A stretch of 62,834 nt of DNA, counting the filler. It is 10 parts of 10 records of this genome, joined end to end, with 100 filler letters (N's around TTAATTAATTAA, not from the genome) between each part and the next. Parts side by side here need not be neighbours in the genome. Positions count along the whole stretch, not along the records: positions 5,913 to 11,572 come from SRR31147125_39107; positions 11,673 to 18,365 come from SRR31147125_39126; positions 18,466 to 28,157 come from SRR31147125_39162; 7 more parts are not named here. One strand, written 5' to 3'. How positions within the stretch are numbered: position 1 is the first letter of the stretch; every line of letters begins with the position of its first letter. Shown one piece after another: positions 11,270 through 22,599 of this stretch. The translations under genes were made by a program, and so were the position numbers. The notes below the pieces were generated by a model. It was not told where the DNA came from, made no database searches, and saw nothing but the letters and a program-made list of their open reading frames with translations.

Positions 11270-11572
11270 ATGAGATGCCCGACATGTGGATATCACAGCT
11301 TTGAAAACATGGATCAGTGTAAAAAGTGTGGTGGTGATCTGAAAGAATTCAAGGCTAAGTATGGATTTTTCGAGCGGTTCTTTTCATCCGGCCGGGACAA
11401 GGCCTTGGAAGATTCAGAGGAAGAGCCCATAGCAGTTGAGGAAGCTTGGGAGAGTCCCCCAGCCCAGGCGCCAACTCCATCAGCTGATTCGGATTCTGAA
11501 GATTATGCTGACCACAAGCAATTGGAACAAGACTTTGAAGAACCTGTAAAAGAGTTCGAAGAAGAGGCCTTA
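11270..11572 (+). CDS. Zinc-ribbon protein with acidic linker (3' truncated)
   Basis: MRCPTCGYHSF...CKKCG. Confidence 0.7.
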
Positions 11573-11672
11573 NNNNNNNNNNNNNNNNNNNNNNNNNNNN
11601 NNNNNNNNNNNNNNNNTTAATTAATTAANNNNNNNNNNNNNNNNNNNNNNNNNNNNNNNNNNNNNNNNNNNN
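11573..11672. other. Synthetic contig spacer
   Basis: N44-TTAATTAATTAA-N44. Confidence 0.99.
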
Positions 11673-12117
11673 TTTTATCTTTCACCAAACGATAAATCTC
11701 TGAAATTTATTTTGAATTTTCCCTGTGATTGGAGTATAGCAAATTAATATATTCTTTGCAAGTAGTTTCATTATTTTTTCGACCGTATTCTATTTATGTA
11801 GTATAATACCAAACAAGGATTAAAGGAGCTTGAAATGTAAAGAAGACATAAGTAAAATAGCTAAATTTCTTGTAGAATAAGCTCAACTTTAGCTGCATGG
11901 ATAATCTGGATAGTTCTACCTGCACTAATACTTGTATAAATATAAACACAACTAATGCTATTTTATATTGCTCGTTCTACTACAACGGGCTATTTTTTAC
12001 TATTCATACGGTTTAGTTTACTAGTATATTAACATTACATAAATTACATGTTATAATAACTTAGAAATCTAGGTACAATATACCATATATATTGTATGGA
12101 TAGGAATAGGTATAGAA

Positions 12118-14037
12118 ATGTTTGAAAATTTTGGTTATATTAAAGTAGCCGCTTGCTCTCCAAGGTTGAAAGTAGCGGATATTGATACTAATGTAGATAC
12201 TATTATAGAAATTATGAAACAAGCTGAAAAAATCGAAGTTTCATTTGTTTGCTTTCCTGAACTATGTATTACAGGCTACACTTGTGGAGATTTGTTCTTA
12301 CAAGAAGCGCTACAAAAGAAAGCATTAGAAGGACTTAAAAAGATACTAGACAGTAATATTGATGTAACAGCAATTGTAGGCTTGCCAATCAGCGCTGCTG
12401 GTCGATTATTTAACTGTGCCGCAGTTGTGCATAAAGGTAAACTTTTGGCTGTTGTTCCAAAAATGCATATCCCCAACTACAACGAATACTACGAAAAACG
12501 TTGGTTTGATACTGGAGTATCATTTCCTGAAAACATTAATTTATTTGGCGAGAATGTAGCAAGCGGCCTTTCCTTATTACTAAATGCAAAGACACCAGCG
12601 GGTGATATTTCTTTTGCTGTTGAAATTTGCGAGGATTTATGGGCTCCAAACCCACCATCAGGTGAATTGTGTTCACAAGGTGCAATGCTAATATTTAATC
12701 CATCGGCATCAACTGCCCTTGCAGCAAAACATCAATACAGAAAGAATTTGATATCCCAACAATCCGGTCGCTGCATGGCAGGATACATTTATTCTAGTGC
12801 CAATTTTGATGAAAGCACTACTGATGTTGTGTTCTGCGGCTACAGTTGTGTCTATGAAAATGGCAGATTATTAAATGAAAATTCACGATTTGATAGAAGT
12901 AACAATCTAATTATTGCGGAAGTAGACTTGCAGAGATTAGCATTTTTGCGCAGACGTAATACCACATTTTTTGCATGTACCAATCCTGCAAAAAAACAGG
13001 TAGTATTTAATATAAATACAAAATGCACAAGCCTTAACTACAGACAGATAAACCCTTATCCTTTTGTACCATCTGGGGAGAATAAAAACATTAGACTAAA
13101 TGAAATTTCTAGCATTCAAAGTGCAGGCTTAATCAAAAGATTAGAGCATATTGGCTGCAAAAAAGTAGTTATTGGCATTTCAGGTGGATTGGATTCTACT
13201 TTAGCTTTACTTGTTGCAGTAAAAGCATTTAAGCAGATGAGAATACCAAATGAAAATATAATAGCTGTTACTATGCCTGGCTTCGGTACTGGAGATAGAA
13301 CATATCAAAATGCCCTTGCTCTAATAAAAACTTTAGGAGCAACACTAAGAAATATATGTATCAACAAAGCAGTTACTCAACATTTTCAGGACATTGGTCA
13401 TAATGGACAAACTCATGATATTGCTTATGAAAACTCTCAGGCACGTGAGCGCACTCAAGTACTTATGGATATCTCCAATATGGAAAATGCTATAGTTATG
13501 GGCACTGGTGACTTATCAGAATTAGCATTAGGATGGGCAACATATAACGGCGATCATATGAGCATGTATAATGTTAACTGTTCCATTCCTAAAACTTTGG
13601 TTAAACATTTGGTTGACTACTTAGGCAATGTAGAGATAGGCGGAGAATTATCCCCAGTAATTGATGATATTTTATCTACTCCAATATCTCCTGAACTTAT
13701 TCCATCCAATGAAGGACAGCTTGATCAAAAGACTGAAGAAATATTAGGAAAATATGATTTGCATGACTTTTTCTTATATAATTTCTTGCAGCATGGCGCA
13801 GGGTGCAAAAAGCTTTATCGCACCGCAAGAATTGCATTTAAAGATATAGCAAATGATGATGAAATAAAAACAGCACTTAATACATTTATTAAAAGATTCT
13901 TCGCACAGCAGTTTAAGCGTTCATGCATGCCAGATGGTCCTAAAGTTGGTACAGTGTCATTATCTCCAAGAGGCGATTGGCGTATGCCAAGTGATGCAAG
14001 TGCTAATGTGTGGATTAATGAACTTAAGGAGCTTTAA
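12118..14037 (+). CDS. nadE: Glutamine-dependent NAD+ synthetase
   Basis: Nitrilase domain (FPEL, EICEDLW) fused to a synthetase domain (GISGGLDSTL, ENSQARERT, QQFKRSCMPDGPKVG). Confidence 0.95.
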   Translation: MFENFGYIKVAACSPRLKVADIDTNVDTIIEIMKQAEKIEVSFVCFPELCITGYTCGDLFLQEALQKKALEGLKKILDSNIDVTAIVGLPISAAGRLFNCAAVVHKGKLLAVVPKMHIPNYNEYYEKRWFDTGVSFPENINLFGENVASGLSLLLNAKTPAGDISFAVEICEDLWAPNPPSGELCSQGAMLIFNPSASTALAAKHQYRKNLISQQSGRCMAGYIYSSANFDESTTDVVFCGYSCVYENGRLLNENSRFDRSNNLIIAEVDLQRLAFLRRRNTTFFACTNPAKKQVVFNINTKCTSLNYRQINPYPFVPSGENKNIRLNEISSIQSAGLIKRLEHIGCKKVVIGISGGLDSTLALLVAVKAFKQMRIPNENIIAVTMPGFGTGDRTYQNALALIKTLGATLRNICINKAVTQHFQDIGHNGQTHDIAYENSQARERTQVLMDISNMENAIVMGTGDLSELALGWATYNGDHMSMYNVNCSIPKTLVKHLVDYLGNVEIGGELSPVIDDILSTPISPELIPSNEGQLDQKTEEILGKYDLHDFFLYNFLQHGAGCKKLYRTARIAFKDIANDDEIKTALNTFIKRFFAQQFKRSCMPDGPKVGTVSLSPRGDWRMPSDASANVWINELKEL

Positions 14038-15969
14038 ATGCTAGGAATACTTTACTATTTAATTTATGTTGCAGCAGGTTTATATATTGGAGATATACTA
14101 CTGAGCAAATATAAGCCATATGAAAGATTATCAATATCATTGGCATTAGGTACTATTTTGAACGTGTGGCTGCCTGCAATTGTTTCTTTGATAATAGGCA
14201 AATTTAACATATTATCTAATATTATTGCCTTAATATTGCTAACTGTAATTTTAGCTTGTGTATACTATTATAATGCAAAGTACAAGAAAATATCTTTACT
14301 AGATTCATACAAAGAGTGGAGTAAAGAAGAAGCAATCAAGATAATCACTGCTATTGTTCCTTTAATGGTTATAATTTATATTATTTTTCATGGTCATGTA
14401 TTACTCGAATCCAACGGTAGTCTTTATGGAGGTCAGTCAACCTATGGTGACTTATCTATGCATATGGGTATGATTACATCATTGGCAAATCAAGGAATGT
14501 TCCCACCTGACTATTCTATACTTCCAGGTTCTAGATTATGCTATCCTTTCTTAGTTAATCTCCAGTCTGCATCTATGTATCTGTTTGGTTCATCATTAAG
14601 GTTGAGCATTATTTTCCCTTCAATGATTTTATCTTTATCTTGCTTTTTAGGGTTATATTCACTTGCTAGAGATTTTGTTAAAAAACATAGCGTTGCTACA
14701 CTAGCTATGTATTTATTTTTCATAACAGGCGGTTTAGGATTTATATATTATCTTAACAACGATGGTATGATGAAATCCTTATTTGCTGAATACTACATGG
14801 CACCTACTAACTACCCTACTTTAAATCTACGCTGGGTAAATATAATTTGTGATATGATGGTTCCTCAAAGAACTTTCTTAATAGGATTATCAACAGTACT
14901 TCCAATAATTTTACTTATAAAAAAATCATTAGATAATAATAGTAAACTACACTTACTGTTAGCAGGAGTTATGGCATCCAGCCTTCCTATGATACATACT
15001 CATTCATTTTTGGCTCTAGGTATTATATGCGCAGGATTATTATCTGGCGGATTGTTTGTATATAAAGATTCAATTAAGGGTTGGCTTAAAAAGTGGATGA
15101 TATTTTTAATACCTGTTATAATTTTTGCTTTTCCTCAATTATTCTTTTGGATATTTACACAGTCAAAGAGCTTCTTAAAGATAAGCTTAGACTGGGTAAA
15201 TCAGGGTGATAGTAGAGATGTTTGGTTCTGGTTCTGGATTAAAAATATAGGTCTTCCATTTTTACTTATAATTCCAGCGTTTATACACGCTGATAATAAA
15301 AAAAGGCTTTGGTATGCTTCAGCAACTGTAATATTTGTAATTGCTGAAATAATTGCATTCCAGCCAAATGAATATGACAATAATAAGCTTATGCTGATTT
15401 GGTATGCATTCACTGTAATCATTGTAGCCGATTACCTTGTAATGCTGTATAACAAATTAAGAAATGCCACAGGAAGAGTTTATTTAGCTGTACTTACTGG
15501 CATTGTACTATTTACTTCTGGCGTACTAACAATAGGAAGAGAAATAAACTCAAACAAACAATACAGACAATATTCAAGTGATCAAGTAGAATGTGCAGAA
15601 GCTGTTGATGCAAGCACTTTTGAAGATGTTTTGTTTGTTACTGGGCGTCAGCATCTTAATGAGATTGCATCACTAGCTGGCAGAAATATTTATGCAGGCA
15701 GTACTTTATATGTCCACTTCCATGGTCTTGATTATTCTGGCAGATATGCTGAAATAAAAAATATTTATGAAGATGCTCAAGCCGCAAAAGATATACTTGA
15801 TAAAATCGGTGCAGATTATTTATATATTTCATCATATGAAAGAAGCGATTTTGCTTTAGATGAAAATATATACAGTATGTATCCATCAGTTTATAATCAA
15901 AATGACATCACCATTTTAGCTGTATCTGAAAAAGCTATTGAAAATGGTATTATAACATTAGATAAGTAA
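14038..15969 (+). CDS. Polytopic membrane protein, GT-C glycosyltransferase-like
   Basis: More than 12 hydrophobic segments, a YGDLSMH loop motif and a soluble C-terminal domain. Confidence 0.55.
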   Translation: MLGILYYLIYVAAGLYIGDILLSKYKPYERLSISLALGTILNVWLPAIVSLIIGKFNILSNIIALILLTVILACVYYYNAKYKKISLLDSYKEWSKEEAIKIITAIVPLMVIIYIIFHGHVLLESNGSLYGGQSTYGDLSMHMGMITSLANQGMFPPDYSILPGSRLCYPFLVNLQSASMYLFGSSLRLSIIFPSMILSLSCFLGLYSLARDFVKKHSVATLAMYLFFITGGLGFIYYLNNDGMMKSLFAEYYMAPTNYPTLNLRWVNIICDMMVPQRTFLIGLSTVLPIILLIKKSLDNNSKLHLLLAGVMASSLPMIHTHSFLALGIICAGLLSGGLFVYKDSIKGWLKKWMIFLIPVIIFAFPQLFFWIFTQSKSFLKISLDWVNQGDSRDVWFWFWIKNIGLPFLLIIPAFIHADNKKRLWYASATVIFVIAEIIAFQPNEYDNNKLMLIWYAFTVIIVADYLVMLYNKLRNATGRVYLAVLTGIVLFTSGVLTIGREINSNKQYRQYSSDQVECAEAVDASTFEDVLFVTGRQHLNEIASLAGRNIYAGSTLYVHFHGLDYSGRYAEIKNIYEDAQAAKDILDKIGADYLYISSYERSDFALDENIYSMYPSVYNQNDITILAVSEKAIENGIITLDK

Positions 15970-15980
15970 AGGATAATAAC

Positions 15981-17165
15981 ATGAAAAAGAAATTTCCTAA
16001 GAATCCTAAATATACTCAGATTGCATTATATACTTTCATAACAATCGGTGCATTAATGATATTATGGCAGTTAATAGGCAGTTCTAGCAATTTATTGACA
16101 TCCTTCAAGGAAGCGTTTAGTTTCCTTTGGGGCTCTATTGCAACTATCGTTTTTGGTCTGATTTTAGGATATATATTATCCCCAGGTGTAGCTTTTTTCG
16201 AAAAGCTTCTAAATAAACTTTTTAACAGAAAGAAAACTAAGAAAAAGGAGAAACGATTACGACTTTTCTCAATTTTAATACTATATATTTTGCTAATTGT
16301 ATTAATAATTTTGATTGTAGTATTTATCATTCCACCTTTAGTAGAAAATGTGGTACAGTTTTCAGAATCTTTGCCTGATTATATTGATGAAGGAATTAAG
16401 TGGTATGATGAAAACTTAAAAGACTCACCTTTGTTTACATCAGAATACACTAAAGATATAATGGATAGCTCAAGTAATAACTTTACTGAGCAAATAAATG
16501 AAATTGCTCTTTCTGTGGTTACAACTCTTATTAACTCAATATTAGCTATCTTCTCAAGTGTATTGAAATTTTCTATAGCACTTATTATCGCATTTTACTA
16601 TCTGCTGTCATCAAAAGATGTTTTCTCTGGCTTATCAGAATTTGCAAGGTTAAAATTAGGGGAAAAGAGATCATTATCAATCGGTTCTTTCTTAAAGTCT
16701 GTAGACTGGGTATTCGGCAAATATATTTCAGCTAAGCTTCTACAAGTTGTAATTATTTTTGTAATGGCACAAGCAATCTTTTTAATATTGGGCGTAGGCA
16801 TGTCAACATTAATGGCTTTCATATTGTCTGTTGCAAATATTGTTCCTTATATAGGTTCTTTTGTTGGAATGGTACCACCTTTGCTAATTTCTCTTATTGA
16901 TAGCCCGTCAAAAGCCATTTGGGTATTGGCGTCGTTATTAGTTTTACAGTTTATAGACGGCTATATAATTCAACCCTTCTTAATAGGTGATAAAATGGGT
17001 TTGTCTCCGTTCTGGGCACTAGTAGTTATAATTGTTGGCGGTAATCTTTTTGGTCTGCCAGGAATACTATTGTCTATCCCAGTTGCTGCTGTTTTCAGTA
17101 TATTAGTAAAGCAATACCTAAAGTCACAAAGGGCTAAATTAGAAATGGAAGGTACTGTAAAATAA
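15981..17165 (+). CDS. AI-2E family transporter
   Basis: NIVPYIG, QFIDGYIIQPFLIG and GGNLFGLPGILLSIP motifs. Confidence 0.88.
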   Translation: MKKKFPKNPKYTQIALYTFITIGALMILWQLIGSSSNLLTSFKEAFSFLWGSIATIVFGLILGYILSPGVAFFEKLLNKLFNRKKTKKKEKRLRLFSILILYILLIVLIILIVVFIIPPLVENVVQFSESLPDYIDEGIKWYDENLKDSPLFTSEYTKDIMDSSSNNFTEQINEIALSVVTTLINSILAIFSSVLKFSIALIIAFYYLLSSKDVFSGLSEFARLKLGEKRSLSIGSFLKSVDWVFGKYISAKLLQVVIIFVMAQAIFLILGVGMSTLMAFILSVANIVPYIGSFVGMVPPLLISLIDSPSKAIWVLASLLVLQFIDGYIIQPFLIGDKMGLSPFWALVVIIVGGNLFGLPGILLSIPVAAVFSILVKQYLKSQRAKLEMEGTVK

Positions 17166-17227
17166 TATATTATCGAAGTCTTCTTTAATATCAAAATATA
17201 TATACTGTAATAAGGAATGTTGTAACT

Positions 17228-17598
17228 ATGCTTTTTACAGACATTGCAATAATAACCGAAGATGTTCTCAAGTTGATAGATTTCTATGAAAAGATTTTGA
17301 AATCACTATCGATAAAAACGAAATCCACACTTAATTTGATGTCGGAAATGTAAAGATATCTTTATACTCACAAGAAGCTGCAAAATCTGATATGGGTTTT
17401 AATTTCAATCAATATAACGGAACTGGAAAATTAACAATTGGCTTCAATGTGGACGATGTTGATTATGAAATTACTAGACTGAAAGCTCTAAATATTACAT
17501 TTGTAACTGAACCTAAAATATATCCATGGAGTGCAAAGGCTGTGCATTTTAGATATCCTGATGGAAATATTATATGTTTTAGAAGCTGGGCGAAATAA
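17228..17598 (+). pseudogene. VOC/glyoxalase family gene with a frameshift and a probable internal stop
   Basis: AAGGA and ATG at 17228; FYEK N-terminus; C-terminal FNVDDVD..YPW..HFRYPDGN in another frame; TAA near 17331. Confidence 0.6.
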
Positions 17599-17720
17599 GC
17601 TCTATTATCCAGCCCTCTCGAGGGATGTTTGTATAAGTACAAACGACCTACGAGGGCATGTGTGACTGTATAACATTTTTGTTGATATTTGTTTCGAGAT
17701 TGTCTTGTGAGACAATCTCC

Positions 17721-18365
17721 TTAATCCATCCAATCTTTTCTCATAAAGAGCTTAATTGGGGTAATAATTCCCTTATACTTATCATAAAAGTTTTTGGGTA
17801 ATTTATCAATTATCTCTTGCATTGCACTAATTTGACCTACTGGTATTTCCAGTGCTTTTGCTGCATCTTCAACTATATCATGGCTGTTTACTATCATATC
17901 GGATGTGGTTTCTCTTGCTACATTTGCATTATTAACTAGCATATCAACTTTTAATTTACTAGCCCTTTCTAATTGATGTAACATATCTACAATATCATAT
18001 GCCGTAGAAGTAAACGGTCTAAATGTATTTACAACGCATTTTATTATGCTGTCATCTTCAGAAATGTTCTGGTGATATCTTCCTAACGCTGTAGCGCCAG
18101 ATGCATCACCGCCTACATCTAATATTACATTTGCTGATTTATCAATAAATGCAGTCATTACATCTGCGGGTAAGGAAGGTACATCTACATTTGTTCCTTC
18201 AAAGTTTGGACGTATTACTTTTATGCCTAGTTTTTCAAGTTCCTCTTTGTGTTCGCCTGACCTAAAATAAGGATTTACAATATCTAAATCAACCAAAGTC
18301 ACCTTTTTACCTTGCTGTATCATTTCATATGCTAGATTTAAAGAAAGCTCGGTTTTCCCCGAGCC
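17721..18365 (-). CDS. MinD/CobQ-like P-loop ATP-binding protein (5' truncated)
   Basis: GSGKTE at the contig edge; DLDIVNPYFRS and ILDVGGD motifs. Confidence 0.8.
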   Translation of the reverse strand, partial: GSGKTELSLNLAYEMIQQGKKVTLVDLDIVNPYFRSGEHKEELEKLGIKVIRPNFEGTNVDVPSLPADVMTAFIDKSANVILDVGGDASGATALGRYHQNISEDDSIIKCVVNTFRPFTSTAYDIVDMLHQLERASKLKVDMLVNNANVARETTSDMIVNSHDIVEDAAKALEIPVGQISAMQEIIDKLPKNFYDKYKGIITPIKLFMRKDWMD

Positions 18366-18465
18366 NNNNNNNNNNNNNNNNNNNNNNNNNNNNNNNNNNN
18401 NNNNNNNNNTTAATTAATTAANNNNNNNNNNNNNNNNNNNNNNNNNNNNNNNNNNNNNNNNNNNN
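18366..18465. other. Synthetic contig spacer
   Basis: N44-TTAATTAATTAA-N44. Confidence 0.99.
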
Positions 18466-18506
18466 GGGCAAGTTATTAAAGACCGATTCCTAAAAGAAAA
18501 GCTCGG

Positions 18507-19363
18507 CTAACTATAATCATACCATCCTTTCCCGACTTTTCTCCCGATGTGTCCGGCATGCACTTTCTGACGAAGGGAGGTGCCGAATCGGAACCGATCC
18601 CCATACGCCTCCTGGAGAAGGGTGCTGACATCCAGGGCCATACTAAGATCCGCCATATCCATCAAAGCAAGGGGACCGATGGGGTGCCCCAGCCCCAGAC
18701 GACAAGCGGTGTCGATATCTTCAGAAGTGGCCACCCCTTCATCCACAAGGCGGACCGCCTCGTTGAAAAAGGCAAACAGCATCCGATTGACGACAAATCC
18801 TGCGGTGTCCTTAACGCAGATGGGCGTTTTTTCGATTAATCGGCAAGCGTTCATCACAGTGTCGATGGTCTCACGGGATGTTTCAAGACCGGGAATCACC
18901 TCCACCAACTTCATGATAAAGGCGGGTGCAAAAAAGTGGGTGCCGATGAAGTTAGGGCGGCGTTCCGGTGAGACTGCGGTTCCCAACTGGGTGATGGGAA
19001 TGGACGAGGTGTTGGTTGCGATAACGCATGTGGGAGAACACGCCTGGTCCGCCTCTGCCAGAATTTTCTGTTTCAGATCAATTTTTTCAAACACCGCTTC
19101 AATGACAAGATCAACCGTGTTGAATCCCTCATAATCTCCCCGCGGAACGATCCTGTCCAAGGTTTGCTCTTTTTTTCCGAATCATACCGGCCTTTTAGTA
19201 TCGCCTTTTCCAAGGTTTTTGCCAGTCTTTCTCTTCCGTTTTGAGCCAGCTCCACGGATGTATCTTTCAGCAAGACCTTACATCCTGCATTGGCAAAGCA
19301 TAATGCGATTTCCGCACCCATCATACCGGCACCCAGGATACCCACACTGTTTGGTGTACTCAT
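18507..19363 (-). CDS. 3-hydroxyacyl-CoA dehydrogenase, frameshifted near 19170
   Basis: GAGMMG Rossmann motif upstream of a homopolymer; IEAVFE, TNTSS, GTHFF, GFVVNR and GRKVGKGWY downstream. Confidence 0.88.
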
Positions 19364-19463
19364 ATCTTTTTCCCATGTATGCGAAAACCCCGACTGATAG
19401 AAGATCATGGGGTTTCATGTTTTGTTGCGGCAGAAGGTCTGCCGTGACCGTTCTTTTAAAGAC

Positions 19464-20656
19464 TCAGCACCGTTCGATGATAACGGCCTGTCCATGACCG
19501 CTTCCCCGCACAGCGAGGCAAGACCGACATTGAGATCTCTTTTTTCCATTTCGTGGATCAGGCTGACCACGATGCGACATCCCGTATTGCCAATGGGATG
19601 ACCCAGCGCTATTCCGCTGCCGTTGACGTTGACGATGTCTCTGTTTAGTCCAAGTTCCCTCTCCACAGCCACAGATGGGGCGGCAAAGGCTTCATTGATC
19701 TCAAACAGTTCAATGTCTGACAAGGCCATCCCGGTCTGTTTAAGCAGCTTTTTAACGGCATCAATGGGACCGATTCCCATATATCTCGGATCGACTCCAA
19801 CAGCTGCAGATCCCACCACCCGAAATTGACGTGACATTCGATGTTCATCTGCAATCGCCTTGGAACAGACAATGACGGCACTGGCGCCATCGTTCAAACC
19901 GGAGGCGTTGCCGGCTGTGACCGTTCCGTCTTTTTTAAATGCCGGAGGAAGTTGTTGAAGCCCTTCACGGGTGGTGTCGGATTTCGGATGTTCATCGGTA
20001 TCAACGATGATGTCCGGTTTTCCCCGTTTACCCGGAATGACCACCGGTACGATTTCATCTTTAAATCGTCCCGACGCCATGGCCGCTTTGGCCCGCATCT
20101 GACTGGTATAGGCAAAATCATCCTGATCTTCACGGGAGATGTTGTACTTTTCAGCCACATTTTCTGCCGTCATTCCCATGATGATCCCGGTATGATGATC
20201 GGTGAGACCATCCCAGATACCGTCGGTCAATTCCTGGTGACGAAGCATCATGCCCCATCGTCCGTTCTTGATACTGAACGGCACATTGCTCATGCTCTCC
20301 CCTCCGCCGGCGATGAGTGCCGTGCCTTCTCCCAGACGAACAGCCATGGAAGCCAGTCGGATCGCCTCCATGGAGGAGCAGCAGGCCCGGTTGACTTGAA
20401 CTGCGGAAACCCGTTCGGGTATCCCGGCTTTTAGGACGGCACCCCGGGCCAGGCCGTTTTCATCACTTCGCAGCATCACCACACCCCAATACACATCATC
20501 CAACAACTCCTTTGGAAATTTTACCCGGTCACACACCTCTTTCAGGACCGTGACTGCCAGATGTTCATGCAACACCGACTTGAGGCCTCCTCCAAATCCC
20601 CCAATGGGGGTTCTTACCGCAGATACGATAACCGGATCCTTCTCTTTTGTACTCAT
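19464..20656 (-). CDS. Acetyl-CoA C-acyltransferase (thiolase), frameshifted near the C-terminus
   Basis: RTPIG, NRACCSS, NEAFA and GHPIG motifs; one extra G near 19505 restores CGGSGHGQAVIIERC*. Confidence 0.92.
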
Positions 20657-20715
20657 ATCAATTCCTTTTGTAACCTTTTCTAGTTCAATTCCGGTCGTTA
20701 ACCGAAGTTAAGTTT

Positions 20716-22029
20716 CTATTTAATGATCAAACTTGGAAGCCATGTGACCAATTGCGGGAACAAAATGAGCAGCAACAGGCAGAGAACCTGAATTCCTACA
20801 AATGGAATGACCGCTTTGTAAATGTCGAGCATTGTGACACTTCTGGGCACAATGCTCTTCATATAGAACAGATTGAATCCAAATGGCGGTGTCAGGTAGG
20901 CCATCTCCATATTGACGATAAAAATAACGCCGAACCAGACCGGATCAAACCCAAGACTTTTAATGACGGGAACAAAAACCGGGGTACAGATCATGATGAT
21001 GCCGCCGGGATCCAAAATCATGCCGAGAAATAACAGTGTCACCTGAATTCCAATGAGGATGACATACTTGGAAACCGGCAACGCACTGATTAGTTCTCTG
21101 ATGAAATCGACAGCCCCTACGGCGGTATAGGTTCTTGTGAGACATGACCCGGCGATGATGATCCAAATGATCATGCATGAGAGCCCAAGGGAGTGAAATG
21201 AAGACTCTTTAAAAACATGCCACGTCAGTTTTTTGGATACTGCAGCACAGACAAGTGCTCCCAGAGCCCCCATGGCCGCCGCCTCCGTCGGAGTTGCAAT
21301 GCCTTTGAAAATAACTCCCAATACGAGAATGATCAGTCCGATGGGAAGGATCACCGCCCTCAAAGCTGAGAATTTTTCCGACCATCCCGCCCGATCGTTT
21401 TTGGGGATTGCCGGTCCAATCTCCGGATTGAAGTATGAGCGAATGGCGATATAGGCGATGAACATTATGGATAGAAGAAATCCGGGAATGACGCCGCCTG
21501 CAAACAGCGCGCCGATGGATTCACCGGCAAAGATTCCGTAGATGATCATCAGGACACTCGGCGGAATCAATATTCCCAGTGCGCCTCCGGCGGCAATGCT
21601 GCCTGCCGCCAGTTTTACATCGTAGTTATATTTGAGCATGGCCGGCAGGGCGATGACCCCCATGGTCACGGTGGCGGCCCCGCTGATGCCGGACATGGCG
21701 GCAAAAAATGTACAGATCACGATGGTTCCGATGGCCAGCCCTCCCCGGATGCCCCCCACCCATTTATGCATCATATCGAACAGCGCTTCAGCGATTCCCG
21801 AGTGCTGAAGCAAAATGCCCATAAAAACAAACAGGGGGATCGAGGTTAATATGAAATTGTTCATCACGCCGAATGCCGTGGATGATATCATAAAAAGGGA
21901 ACCGGGTCCCATCAAGATGATATTGAATATAACGGACAAGCCGCCAAGGATGAAAACAAGCGGAAGCCCCGTTAACAGACCTAAGACCAGTGAAGAGAAA
22001 ATGAGAAAGGTTATGGTTCCAACTTCCAT
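20716..22029 (-). CDS. dctM: TRAP transporter large permease
   Basis: GILIPPS, TPTEAAA and YLTPPFG motifs. Confidence 0.92.
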   Translation of the reverse strand: MEVGTITFLIFSSLVLGLLTGLPLVFILGGLSVIFNIILMGPGSLFMISSTAFGVMNNFILTSIPLFVFMGILLQHSGIAEALFDMMHKWVGGIRGGLAIGTIVICTFFAAMSGISGAATVTMGVIALPAMLKYNYDVKLAAGSIAAGGALGILIPPSVLMIIYGIFAGESIGALFAGGVIPGFLLSIMFIAYIAIRSYFNPEIGPAIPKNDRAGWSEKFSALRAVILPIGLIILVLGVIFKGIATPTEAAAMGALGALVCAAVSKKLTWHVFKESSFHSLGLSCMIIWIIIAGSCLTRTYTAVGAVDFIRELISALPVSKYVILIGIQVTLLFLGMILDPGGIIMICTPVFVPVIKSLGFDPVWFGVIFIVNMEMAYLTPPFGFNLFYMKSIVPRSVTMLDIYKAVIPFVGIQVLCLLLLILFPQLVTWLPSLIIK

Positions 22030-22535
22030 CAGTGCTGTTCCTTTCCTCGGATAAGCGTCCTTACATCACGAATCAATTTTGCAATCAACTGAAGAATCAA
22101 CAATAACGCCCCTATGGGAAGCATGGCCCTTAACGGATAGATGGGAGGCCCCCATTGGGTGGAGGCATGTTCCAGCATCTTGATCGATTTGATGGCGGAT
22201 TTCCCCCCGATCCAGAACAGGGTTACCAAAAACGTCAAGGCAATGAAAAAAGTGACGATATCCAGCAGCGCCCTGGTTCTTACACCGAGTGATTTGTGGA
22301 CAAGATCCATATTTACATGTAGTTTGTTTAAGGCCGTAAATGCCCCACCGATAATAATAAACGTACCGAACATCATCGTTGAGAGTTCGTGGGCCCACAA
22401 CGTCGGACTTTTGAAAATGTACCGGGCGATCACCTCATATCCGACAATTACCGCCATTACAAAAATCAGCATGCTGATCGCCTTACCGGACCATTCACTG
22501 ATCGTGTCGATCAGCTTCAATATGCTGTCGAGCAT
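22029..22535 (-). CDS. dctQ: TRAP transporter small permease
   Basis: Four TM segments, YEVIARY..PTLWAHE and HVNMD; lies between dctP and dctM. Confidence 0.9.
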   Translation of the reverse strand: MLDSILKLIDTISEWSGKAISMLIFVMAVIVGYEVIARYIFKSPTLWAHELSTMMFGTFIIIGGAFTALNKLHVNMDLVHKSLGVRTRALLDIVTFFIALTFLVTLFWIGGKSAIKSIKMLEHASTQWGPPIYPLRAMLPIGALLLILQLIAKLIRDVRTLIRGKEQH

Positions 22536-22599
22536 GACCTCACCTCCCTTGAAGTTTTTGGAAGAAACACCTCACGCCGTTGTCTCCGATTCTATTGAG

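Noticed and set aside
11835..17340. TAA reassignment in contig 3 (in-frame TAAs in the mini-ORF and VOC gene)
   Set aside because: nadE, the membrane protein and the AI-2E gene all end at TAA at expected positions
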